This document shows positions 29,726-40,559 of a stretch of DNA of 64,000 nt, piece by piece (positions within the stretch are counted from its first letter, which is position 1; every line of letters starts with the position of its first letter). Position numbers and translations under genes: made by a program. Below the pieces are notes generated by a model, which saw nothing but the letters and a program-made list of their open reading frames with translations, was not told the origin of the DNA and searched no databases. This stretch comes from a virus. The stretch lies in the IMG/VR virus record IMGVR_UViG_3300037225_000466, positions 1-64,000 of that record; one strand, 5' to 3'.

Positions 29726-30804
29726 CACTCGCAGAACTAAAAACAAATAATCCCCATTGGTTCAATCCTGAAAATCGCAGGATATTCGGGGATTTGGGTT
29801 ACGGTCTCAAAACAGGTAAAAAATCAGGCAGTCAGTTTCTCGTACAGAAAACTAATAAATGGTCTGATATGTTCGAAAAAGATAAGAAACGGATTTTCTT
29901 TGTTCTCCATCCTATTGTAAACGGGAAAATAGAAAGTGCTATCGAAGAAGATTTTTTCTCAATTAAAGAAGTTAAACAATATTTGAGGGATAAATGATGC
30001 ACACTTATAATCTTACATTAATCGGCTCGGTGGTTTATGATAGAAATAATCATAAATGGATAGCTCAAAGAATCGGAAGAGTTATCAAATTTGAGTGCCT
30101 TGCCGATGCAAAAAGAGAAGCGGATTTACTGCTCAAGAAATTCCACTGTTTAACTTATGATTTGTATAAAATTATTTGAGGGATAAATAATGCTAACTAA
30201 AAAAGATTTTCAAGGGATGGCTGTTGAAATTAAATCTTTAATTGCCAAAAATGCTTCTCCTGATTTTGTAGATGGCTATATTCGGGCTTGTGTGGATATA
30301 GCTGTCGAAAACCCAAACTTTAATGCAAAACGGTTTTATGATGCCTGTGGTATTGACGGCTATCCAGAAATAAGATATACAGGAGAAAGATATGACTAAT
30401 CTCGACAAAGCCGTTGATCATGCCCGCACTCTTCTCAAATCCCTTGAGTTTGGCAGTGCCTGTTTTAAAGCAGGTAAAGAGTTTAATGTGGATTCGGCAG
30501 AAATTGCTCGTGTCTTAGCTTCACACTCTGCAATGAAACGGAAACGTACTTTTTCAGAGCAGGCGATTCTGGTTCGTGTAAAAAATGAAGTTGCAAACAA
30601 AGTAAAGGATTTAAGGTAATGAAAAAATTTATTTTTAGCCGTGAATATCTAAATGAATCCGAAGATGAGACTTGGGCGGATTTCGCCAAAGACCTTGAAC
30701 AAGGTATCGAAGCTAATAAAGACGATTTCGATTGTGTCGAAGAGCCAATGGAAGATTGGGAAAATGAAATGTGGCATCAGCAAAAAGAGATGTATGAGGA
30801 GTAA
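29722..30804 (+). CDS. Run of five small early genes (29722-29997, 29994-30179, 30190-30399, 30392-30619, 30619-30804 acidic)
   Basis: Translationally coupled ORFs; NPNFNAKRFYDAC; last one very acidic. Confidence 0.6.
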
Positions 30805-30811
30805 TCTCAAT

Positions 30812-30884
30812 GGTGATAATAGTTCAATTGGTAGAGCATCGGTCTGTGGAACCGAAGACGAGAGTTCAATCCTCTCTTATCACT
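30812..30884 (+). tRNA. tRNA-His (GTG), with G-1, no encoded CCA
   Basis: Cloverleaf: GTGATAA/TTATCAC acceptor, GTTC/GAGC D arm, TCGGT-CTGTGGA-ACCGA, GAGAG-TTCAATC-CTCTC. Confidence 0.85.
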
Positions 30885-30929
30885 CTAATCCGCAAAAAGC
30901 GGAATTGTTAAACTTTTAAGGGTCGAGTT

Positions 30930-31642
30930 ATGAAAACAGAGTCAATGCAAATCGTCGGAAAAGATATATATCCATTTTCCGAGAAAAGAACAGAATATAA
31001 TTATCAGGTGGATTTGTCTATCAAACCAGAGATGGTGGAAATATCGATTTACGATTCCAAGGGCAATTTGCTTCATGGCAATCTCCCTGCAATCGGACTT
31101 CGCAATGCAGAGCAAACCGCAGAACGATTACTTAATAAAATTAAGTTCAATCAAAAGTTCCTTCACTTCGATGATAAACTTATGAATGTGGAAAGTGCTT
31201 TCAGAATGGAAAGGGATTTCGTATATGGGATTTCGTTCGATTTTATCAAAAGGAGGTCTGCATGAAATCTCAAAAACAAAAAGCACTCGAAGCGATAGAC
31301 GAACTAATCAAAAGATATTCCACAGGTAAGACTTGGGTGAATTGGGGTGACGGGGCAAGCTGTCCACTGTGCCAAATCTATCTACTGAAAAATAAAGACA
31401 TGGATTCTTGCAGGGGTTGCCCAATGGCAAATAAGGAGGGCGGGCACGGCTGTATCATACATAAAACATGGATGGATTTACAGGATGCCTATGTGGGTAT
31501 TTGGGGAGAATTTGAAACTCCTTTAATTTTTACACGAGCTAAAGCATTAAAGAAATTTAAAAAGTTAATCGAAAATGAACCAGCTAAAAAATTCACGGTC
31601 AAAGGTTGGACGTTCTTTAAACAAAATAAAAAGTTTTATTAA
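30930..31642 (+). CDS. Two early hypothetical genes (30930-31265; 31262-31642 Cys-rich)
   Basis: CPLC..CRGCP..C motif; RBS present. Confidence 0.6.
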
Positions 31643-31647
31643 TAATC

Positions 31648-31730
31648 GGGTGGTCTTGGAGGATAATGTTACAGACCTTTCGTTATCAAATGGTTCAATT
31701 CCATTTGCCACCCCAATCCGCATTAAGCGG
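31648..31730 (+). ncRNA. tRNA-like element 3 (tmRNA-TLD-like topology) plus hairpin
   Basis: GGGTGGT/GCCACCC acceptor, unpaired CTTGGAG, GATAATG/CGTTATC helix, AAATGG-TTCAATT-CCATTT T-arm; CCGC-ATTAA-GCGG. Confidence 0.6.
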
Positions 31731-31758
31731 GCAAAAGGTCAAATTATAAGGAGAGATC

Positions 31759-33015
31759 ATGAAAGTCTATGCTTTAGAAAATGGAGACCCTTACGATCCT
31801 CAGGATACGCCATTATGGTCAGTGGTGCGAGATGAAGACGGCAAGACCTTTTCTATCCACACCTTCGGGGTGAATATAGAAAAAGGGGAAGAAATCGAAT
31901 GTGAATATGTTTGTGAACTCACTATGGATGAAATGATTGAATTTATCAGCAGGCTGAATAAGGTCTATTTCGGCGGGATAAATACGTATGACGACAGAAT
32001 GTTTAATCTTGTTGCGGTGATGGCGAGACCAGGAAACAATCCACCGCCAGAGGATTTCGGAGGGGTGCAGGTGAATGTATGAAACACTTTGAAATTATCA
32101 ATAACGGAACAATCGTGAATATTAAACCTCTCACTCCAGAAGCGAAACTTTGGTTTAATCAAAACGTAAATTTCGAATCATGGCAGTGTTGTGGAGACTA
32201 TGTCGCTATTGAACCAAGAATGGCGAATGATATTATTGACGGATTTAATGCAGAACAGGAGGAAACTTATTATGATTGACCTAATTATACAAGATGATGG
32301 TAATCTCTTAATAGAATTAAGCGGAGAACCTACCGATTACGAGAAACAGTTCTATTTGGATTTGAGCCCAATAAATGCGTTATGCGAGCTATTGGATACA
32401 AGCGGCTACATTGGAAACGGCTGGCAGTTTTTAAAGCCAGAGGATATCGGTGCGTTAATCAGCGATACTTGTCCGATAATTTCCAACGACGTGGACATCG
32501 AAGATGACGGCTCTATTTCTCATATTGGAGACATTTGGTATTATCCAGACTATGCCGTGAGTAACGAAATCGAGATTCTATTTGAAAAAGGCAGTGTAAT
32601 ATTTGAGAAGGTGCGGGAATGAGTGATACAGCCGCAGAACTTATCATGGCGGCAATGCGACAGGCGGATTCAAATAACTATCAAAAATTAAGCCGAGCAT
32701 TTCCACAGACTTTAGATGAATTAGAGCGAAGGTATCATAGTCCTGGCGGATTTCTGGAAGGAGAAGACCATGATAACTAAAAAACAAGTCCTTAATCAAA
32801 TCGAAACCGAACTCGAAGAGATAGATAATATCTTATTTGACCGAGTTGAAAAGCTCTTTAAGAATCCCGAACAGATTCCCGAAGTTCTCACAGGAGACAA
32901 TTTGCTCTTAACTAAAGCTATAATTATAGGCTATTTTCGGGAATACCATTATGATTTTCTGGAAACTTATAAAGAAGAATTTGAAACAATTTACCAATTA
33001 TTAAAGGGGATATAA
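31759..33015 (+). CDS. Run of small acidic early genes (31759-32082, 32079-32279, 32272-32622, 32619-32780, 32770-33015)
   Basis: Overlapping start/stop chain; 32619-32780 found manually (MSDTAAELIMAAMRQAD...RAFP...YHSPGG). Confidence 0.6.
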
Positions 33016-33485
33016 TGCGAACTGACCCGATTGACAACTCGGAACAAACAATAGATTCTCGTGATATTATTGCGAGAATCGAGGAGTTACAGGAATATAT
33101 TGAAGAATGTAAAACCGAGTTTGAAGAATCCCATACTGAATGGGAGACGAAAGAACCCGAAGACGATGAGGGGGCACATACCGAATGGCTTGCTTCGGAA
33201 CCAAAAGAAGACGATTATTCTGACGAACAGGAAGAACTCGATAAACTCCTTACGATCCAAGAAGAATGTAATTATGGAGATTGGGAATATGGGGTAACCC
33301 TTGTTAACGAATCGTATTGGGAAGATTATTGTCAAGAATTATGCGAAGATATAGGAGATTTCCCAAAAGATTTACCAAGTTATATTTCTTGTCATATTGA
33401 TTGGGAAGGAGTGAGTAGGGACATGGTTCAGGACTATACAACCGTTAATTTTGACGGAGTAGACTTCTATGTAAGGCTCGACTAA
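33015..33485 (+). CDS. Highly acidic ArdA-like antirestriction/DNA-mimic protein
   Basis: Extreme D/E content; C-term HIDWEGVSRDM...FDGVDFYVR. Confidence 0.6.
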   Translation: MRTDPIDNSEQTIDSRDIIARIEELQEYIEECKTEFEESHTEWETKEPEDDEGAHTEWLASEPKEDDYSDEQEELDKLLTIQEECNYGDWEYGVTLVNESYWEDYCQELCEDIGDFPKDLPSYISCHIDWEGVSRDMVQDYTTVNFDGVDFYVRLD

Positions 33486-35015
33486 TGGAAGAAACAATCG
33501 AGAAACTGGAAAAATGCCAACGCAAAATTATGAAGCAGGTCGAAAAGGCTTACTCAATCGCATGGCAGTCTGGAGATGTGGATGAATTTCATGATTTTAA
33601 AGAGTATCTCAACGGCTGGCGAGACCTTATGATAGAAGCCACAAACAAAGATAGGGTTGGCGAATTTAGCCTCGACCATATTATCGTAAAAATTGGGACA
33701 TTATGAAAACTAAATTCTTAAAAATCGCCGATATGAAATTAGAGGATAATTTTGAAAACATACATATCAAATTTACCCCTCTGTATTACAACCAAACTAA
33801 GGAAGTAAAACTTTTATTGGTTGAGAAGTATATAAAAATATTAAATGATGTGAAAACCATATATTTGGAGGACAAATGAGTCATTTTTTTATGGGTGTAA
33901 TTGTACCCAAGAACCTTAAGGGCGATGATATAATCAAAAATTATGTAATAGCTCAAATGGAAAATTTCAACGAGGATAATGAAGTTGATCCCTATATTAA
34001 ATATTCCGCCGATAAAAAAGAAGAATATTTGAAAGATAAAATTGCTAAATATGAAAGAATGTGTTTGCCGAAATATGCAGAGCAATACATTCAAGGATAT
34101 TGTAAAGAGCAATTTGAACTTTACTCGGCAATGCCTGCGGAAAAATTCTGGGAAGAATTAATAGAATACGAAACCCCCGATAAGGATGGGAATGTTGTTT
34201 GGACCTGTAATCCCAACTCTAAATGGGATTGGTGGTGTGTCGGCGGGCGTTACGACGGGAGTATAAAAGGTATAGAGGTCGAATCCACTGACAAAGGATT
34301 TAATTTCGATAATAAGCATGAGCTATTAGAAAATAATAAAACCACCATCGGAGAATTTCTGGCTTTAGTCGAAAAAGAAAAACAGGGCTGTTACGGGATA
34401 CTCGATACTAATGGTGTATGGACAGACAGGCATGACGGCGATTGGGACTCAGAAGAAGATTGGCAAAATAAATTCGTTGAAATTTTAAAACAATGCAATC
34501 TAGAAGACTCTTTGGTTGGAGTGGATTGTCATATTTAGGAGGGACTATGAACAAAAACTTTTATGACCTTGCTTCTCATGCACTCCAAGCTGTCCGAGAA
34601 CAAGAAGCTCCATCCGATGAAATCAGGGAAGCCCTGTATTCGTTAATGGAGGAAACCGCACAATTAATAGACTCGATAGATAACGAAGTTGATGAAGATT
34701 ATGAGGAGGAAGGAAATGGATAATTTTGAAGACAAACGACGGGTAATCGCCGAAGCTGATATACTCAGTAGTGAAGTTTTGGTGCTTGGCAATTATGTGA
34801 GGGATTTAGATGCACTGATAAATTCCGCACCAGAAGAAATTGAAATGCGGATAGATTGCTCTTTTGACCTCGCACCGAGCAAAACCCTATATCTGAATCT
34901 GGACTTAATCCCAGACTATAATAGTGTTTTATTAGTTTTGCAAAAAGCATACTCAAGAGAATTAGAGACAAAAAAGAAACTTTTTGACACGATCTCAATA
35001 AAGGTGGATGCATGA
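33485..35015 (+). CDS. Early hypothetical genes (33485-33706, 33876-34538, 34547-34723, 34716-35015)
   Basis: 33876-34538 has MSHF start, NPNSKWDWWCVGGRY and VDCHI end. Confidence 0.6.
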
Positions 35016-36118
35016 ATATAATTATACCAACGAGTTATAAACTTCGCCTAATCCATGATTTTTATAATATAGCCGATGACAAAAAGAAAGACTATCATAA
35101 TTACGCACAAATTCGTCTCGACGAAAAGTGCTTAGTCTTGACAAATGGCTATATTATACTTAAATTACCGATTCAGGTCAATGAACTTACAGGTCCTCCA
35201 CACGATTACGTGGTTTTGGTTGACAAACTCGCCGATATTTTGGAGCAAGAACCTGGCAAAGAAGCCGTCCTGAGTTATAACGAGCATAGCGGCTGTTGGA
35301 TGTACAAAGGTCAGGAATTGCTAATCGTTGATTACGCCTTTCCGCCTGTGGACTCAATCATCAAAGGCGTTATCGCAGAAAGAACCTTTGATTTATCAGA
35401 ATTTAGAAAGGCTTGGACAGCGACGGGAGAAACTCAGAATATGCTGATTGAGTATGTTGAAGGGTCGAGTATAAGAATGAAGGCGAATGAGCACGAAATA
35501 ATTATGAGGTCGAAATATGCTGTTAGTTGAAAAGGCCCAGTTAATTAACGAACTCGTCCCGATTATCGACGATGCAATCGATAGAACTAATACTATAAGA
35601 TTTTCGGGAACCAACAACGACAAGCTGTCTGACCTCGAATGGATTACCGACAGAGTGATTGAACATTTAGAAAAGGAAGGGAAATTAATATGAAAATTAA
35701 CTCATGTAGTCTAAAAACGTTTTTAAGCTCTTCTAAGAGGACTTTCCCCCATACTGATAATTGTATAGGGGTGTTCACAAAATACATTATAGCGGCTACG
35801 GACGCTATGCTTATCCGCTATTCGTACGCAGGTGCTTCGGGGAAATTGGGAAAAGTTGAGAACCCCAAAGTTCTTTATGATAGAAGTGATGCTGATATTC
35901 TCTATAAAAATGAAGATGTTATAGAAAATGATAAATTCCCAGAGATGGACTCGTTCTTCTCGCTTCCAGCTTTAGCCTCGACTAAGATTAACCCTCTCTT
36001 GCTTTTCCAGCTTTGTAAAATCGCTGGGATTTCAGAAGTAACGCTTGGGCTGACTGAGGGGAATCCTATTGTAAAAAGCGGAGAATTTTTAGGATTAGTA
36101 GCGGCGGTAAAACCATGA
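35012..36118 (+). CDS. Two proteins with weak beta-clamp-like motifs (35012-35530, 35690-36118)
   Basis: LVLTNGYII..FPPVDSII and IAATDAMLI..FPEMDSFF resemble the clamp ATDG..L / YP motifs. Confidence 0.4.
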
Positions 36119-36224
36119 ATCAAAACAGAATGCTGAAAATGAAGGCTCGACTGATTGCAGTAGGCTGGCTGATCGGGATAGTGCTTATTGGAATTTTGAT
36201 AAAATGTTTATAATTATGTTCATT

Positions 36225-36301
36225 AGTATCAGAGTAGTCCGCTACAAAGTAGGAAGTTAAGAATAGATTATCGAAGGATAGGCTCTTATTACTCTGATAC
36301 T
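36225..36301 (+). ncRNA. Intergenic structured RNA element
   Basis: Perfect 12-bp AGTATCAGAGTA/TACTCTGATACT enclosing two smaller hairpins. Confidence 0.5.
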
Positions 36302-36321
36302 TATATAAAGGAGAAATAATA

Positions 36322-36696
36322 ATGAATAGAAAGATTAAATTTCGGGGACAGCGAACCGATAATGGAGAATGGGTATATGGATATTATGTCCTGAATGAAG
36401 AATGGGGTAAATGCTATATATATCAAAAAGAATTTCACGAGCCGTTCTATAAGTTAATACAATATGAGGTCCTTCCTGAATCCGTCGGGCAATTTACAGG
36501 ATACTCTGGTAAAAATAATAGAGAGATATATGAGGGCGACTGTGTAGATATTGATGGTTTTATAGCTCGAATAGTTTGGAGTGACGGCGGATTTTGTTTT
36601 GAAAAGAGTACAGGCTGGCTTGATGAGTGGAATTTTGCCGATGATGTTCATAGAATGATAGTTATTACAAAGGAGAGCAAAGATGAGGAAAGATGA
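36322..36696 (+). CDS. yopX: YopX family protein
   Basis: RKIKFRG..GEWVYG..VGQFTG..EIYEGD. Confidence 0.85.
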   Translation: MNRKIKFRGQRTDNGEWVYGYYVLNEEWGKCYIYQKEFHEPFYKLIQYEVLPESVGQFTGYSGKNNREIYEGDCVDIDGFIARIVWSDGGFCFEKSTGWLDEWNFADDVHRMIVITKESKDEER

Positions 36697-38902
36697 ATTG
36701 TGGTATAAAGATAAATTGTCCCACAGACAAGCAAAAGACCCAGAAGTTATCTATTGGCATGAAAAAGCTATTCGATTAGACAAGGCTATTAAAGAGATAG
36801 AGAAATGGAAAAGTGATTTAATAAATAGAGAATATGTCCTACAATTACTTGAGGGAGAACCAAGATGAGGGATAAAGAAATTGAATATAAGTTAGTTCAA
36901 ATTTACAATAAAAATAAAGAAAAAGGCTCCAGACTTGACAATGCAATAGCAGAGATAAAAGAAGAATACAATGCAATGTATGATTCCGACATGCTTCATA
37001 TAGACGGATATTTAAGAGGTCTTAATTTTGCACTTACACAACTTGAAGGGAAAACAAAATGAAAGAAACAGAATACCTAAAAGGTAGATATTTATTTCAA
37101 GAAAGACATTACCCTAAAAATCTTGTTGAACTTTATATTTTAGAAGTATCAAAAACATCTATAAAATATCAGTATTTATCAGGATTTACAGAATGGAGGA
37201 GCAAAGAAAGTTTTAATAGCAAATATGAATTACTTGAAAGGTTATATTAAAATGACACAATATGAAACAGCCGATAACTCATTTGGAGTACCAAAGGGGA
37301 CGAAATTAGTTTATAATTCAAAAGAATATTTATTTATTTTGTATGATAAAAACGGACAATCTCTTATTATGATGTTTGACCCTTCAAAGTTTCCTAAATA
37401 TTTCCGTCCCTGTAACTCTTCCATTATAGAAGAGATAATAGAGAAAATAGTAGAAATATCAAATCCTGTTGGTGCAGAATACGGGTTTGAAAAATCTGAC
37501 AAACATAAAGAAGTATTAAGAACCATCCTACATTCCTACAAAGATAAACTATTTACGGAACAAGATATAGAAAATTTTGCAAGAACTTTTTATAAAAAGG
37601 CAGAGTCTGACTATGATAAATCGAGTCAATTTATATCTCATTATAGCGATACATTTGAACGCTCTTTAAAAAATTGTTTAGATAAATTCCTCTCTGAAAG
37701 AGGTAAGATATGATAGTGGTTTATTACAAAACACAAAAGACAGAGGGGTGGATTTATAGGTTTTCCAGAGTACCTTACGGCTGGCTTAAATTTACATTAG
37801 ATATAAACAAAAGCAAGAAATTTAAAGATAAAGAGGACTTTATAGCCCAATTCAAAGCACAATATCCACGTTCAAGAATTAATAAATACTTTCATTACTT
37901 TGAAATTAATGAGGCATTTGAAAAATACAAGGAACTAATTAATGAAAGGAACGGTAATGAGTAAGATGAAAATAATAGAACGGCTTGAACAACTTGAAGA
38001 TTACTTCTTTATGGAGAGGGAAGATAATTTAACAGAAAAACAATTTAGAGAAGAATATCTGCGAAACTTTAACGATTTTGATGTTATAGTTCAGCAATTA
38101 AAATTAGACCCAAACTCCCATAAACAATTTATACCTAATCCTAATAATCTTGTAAGAGGGGCAAAACATGAGTAAAAAGATATTAGAAATAAATAGTTGT
38201 ATAGATTGTTGCCACTCTGACCTTGAAAAGGAGGATTGGTGCTGTCTTGTCGAAGCCGATATTGAAGATATTACTACTATCCCCGAATGGTGTCCCTTAC
38301 CTTCCAACTATTGGACAGAGGAACGGATACTATTATTTACAGAATTTGTTTATAAGAATAGCAAATTATTTAATCCTTTAACGGATACTTTTGAAGAACT
38401 TATTAAAGAATTTAAAGAGAAAGTATTTAAATAATAATTATTGGAGGAACGGTCATGAGTAAGCAAGATGATTATTTTATTAAAATAAGATTAGAGCAAA
38501 TGGATAAGCATAGGTGGTGGTATAAAGTGTTTGACCGTGAGATTGAAGTAGAAGAAGGAATGAGGGATTCAAAGAAAAAAGCAATTAAACGTATAAATAA
38601 TATTATTGAGAAATTGTTTTGGGGGAACGGTCATGAGTAAGATAAACGATTATGATAGTGGTCTATTAAATGACTTTGGTGGTGGTAATATTAGTTGGTG
38701 GCAAGATTACATTAGGAGTGAAGTTGGTAGGTGTAACGACTATTGGAGAAGCCAACTACCTTCCAACTATTGGACAGATGAAAGGATTTGGAAGTTCCAC
38801 GACTTTGCAATTACTTATGATAGTCATACTATTCCTTTACTGTTTACAGAGGATGAAGCACGTCAAAGAATTATCAAAGAATTTAAGTCTAATAATTTAT
38901 GA
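36683..38902 (+). CDS. Array of nine small AT-rich hypothetical genes with shared junction and C-terminal repeats
   Basis: GGAACGGT(C/A)ATGAGTAAG x3; LPSNYWT.ERI x2; RLD.AI.EI..LEG x2. Confidence 0.6.
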
Positions 38903-38927
38903 TAACAATTAAGAGGGAGAGACGGCA

Positions 38928-39710
38928 ATGATTCGAGGCTATCTCACTAATTTTAGCGGACCATACCAAGCCTTCCTTAATCGGTATTGGGCTGAGTATT
39001 CCAATACTTATGAGGTCGGGACTCAGTCATTCAGGTACTACCTCCAGACGAAAATCCTTAGTCCTTCGAGTAAGAACGCTGTTGCGATTGGTTTGGGGAG
39101 GTTTCTGCTTTGCCAGGGAATTCTTGACCATGAGGAATACAAGGATATTGTGCGGAATTTTCCGCCAGCAAATAAAGTCCTCCCGCCTATTGACGACTGC
39201 TTCGCAGATATCCTGAAATATGTAAGGGTCGCAAATATCGGAGAACTTTCGAGGGAGAGGAATACAGCTTTGCTTCTTTTGATGAGCAGGTCGAGATTTA
39301 AGCTCAGGAATTTATTGGACTTGAATTTTGAAGATGTAGAAATTAACGGGAGCATGAGGTTTTTAGGTGAGTCTCACGACTTGGGTTACTGTTGCGGCGG
39401 GTTCAGACTTGGGGATTCTCTTGAGGCTTACCTTGCACTAAGAAAGGGAACGTCATTCTGGGTAAATGTGTTTCAGGAGAGATTAGGATCGAGGTACGTG
39501 GGGAGGATTCTAAATGAAGCGGGGAGCGAAGTCGGAATAAAAGTAAAGCCCTACTCAGTTTATAGCTACTCAATACGGAATAGCATTAAAACAAACGGAT
39601 TGCTTAGGACGAATAGATTGTTCGGGCATTCAAATATTAATTACACATCAAGATTTATGGAGGTTTTAACTGCTTATGAAAATCCAACAAAATCAAAAGA
39701 AATCGGTTAA
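38928..39710 (+). CDS. Degenerate tyrosine recombinase (XerD-like fold, catalytic residues missing)
   Basis: RNTALLLLMSRSRFKLRNLLDLNFEDV (box I), KPYSVY in place of PHxLR, LFGHSNINYTSRF in place of LGH..TT.IY. Confidence 0.7.
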   Translation: MIRGYLTNFSGPYQAFLNRYWAEYSNTYEVGTQSFRYYLQTKILSPSSKNAVAIGLGRFLLCQGILDHEEYKDIVRNFPPANKVLPPIDDCFADILKYVRVANIGELSRERNTALLLLMSRSRFKLRNLLDLNFEDVEINGSMRFLGESHDLGYCCGGFRLGDSLEAYLALRKGTSFWVNVFQERLGSRYVGRILNEAGSEVGIKVKPYSVYSYSIRNSIKTNGLLRTNRLFGHSNINYTSRFMEVLTAYENPTKSKEIG

Positions 39711-39758
39711 AATCACTTGCTTTTTAACCAGAAATGTAGTATATTTAAGGAGTGAGAT

Positions 39759-39917
39759 ATGAAAGTCATAAAGGTAACGAAAGAGTATTTTCAGACAGAG
39801 GACGAGAAGGTTTATTTCTTCGAGCCTTTGGAAAAAGAAATATCCGTTGAGGATATGCAGAAGATTGTGGATGCAAACGAGAAATTAGTTAAGGAGTTGA
39901 AAGATGCCAAAGATTGA
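39759..39917 (+). CDS. 52-aa hypothetical protein (not in ORF track)
   Basis: MKVIKVTKEYFQTEDEKVYFFEPL..., AAGGAG RBS. Confidence 0.55.
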   Translation: MKVIKVTKEYFQTEDEKVYFFEPLEKEISVEDMQKIVDANEKLVKELKDAKD

Positions 39918-40053
39918 ACTGATACAGGGCAATTGCTTGGAGAAAATGAAGGATATTCAAGATGGGAGTGTGCAGTTGGTTTTTACCTCACCACCTTATA
40001 ACATGAGAACAAGAATTAGAAATGGGAAATATACTACTAGAGAAAGGAGATAA
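39904..40053 (+). pseudogene. Truncated amino-DNA methyltransferase remnant
   Basis: MPKIELIQGNCLEKMKDIQDGSVQLVFTSPPYN then stop at codon 50. Confidence 0.75.
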
Positions 40054-40512
40054 ATTATATGCCGTTCTTGTTTCTGATTTGTCAGTAGCGAAAGTAACTG
40101 TAATATCTGAAAAATGGGGCTTAGGAATCAGGGTGAGATTTGAAAATGGTATGTCGTTTTTCCTTAACCCCTACCATTTATTCAAATTTAAAAAAGAGGC
40201 ACAAGAATATTTGAAAGGAATTAATCAATGTTAAAGTTTGAAGATGAATCCGCCTGCCGCCGTCTTGACGACAATGAGGGGTCGATGGGGCAGGACTTTC
40301 GCTGGCTCCTACGAGAAAAGAATTGTCGAGACAGAGTCTCAAACTATGAAATATCGGAAGCTCTCAAAGAATATTGCGAATGGAGCGACTGGCGGAATTT
40401 CGCCGAGCTTGCCCAAAAAGAAGACATTACAGAAGCCGAGCGAGTGGAATTGAACGAAATGCTGGCTACTTATAAGAAACGGTTTTCTTGGCGTAAGTTC
40501 CTTGACTTTTAA
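40022..40512 (+). CDS. Two hypothetical genes (40022-40234, 40228-40512)
   Basis: ORF track, coupled. Confidence 0.5.
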
Positions 40513-40559
40513 GGTGCTGATTAGAGGAAAAAATACTTGCATTATATTAGAATATTCCG

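Noticed and set aside
27967-31713. Calling the minihelices tRNAs or tmRNA
   Set aside because: No anticodon arm or tag ORF; too short
38298-38778. DGR template/variable repeat pair
   Set aside because: Only 22 bp exact, no adenine-specific mismatch pattern, no reverse transcriptase in the window
38928-39710. Functional integrase/prophage boundary
   Set aside because: Catalytic residues are missing; no att-like junction or host genes in the window
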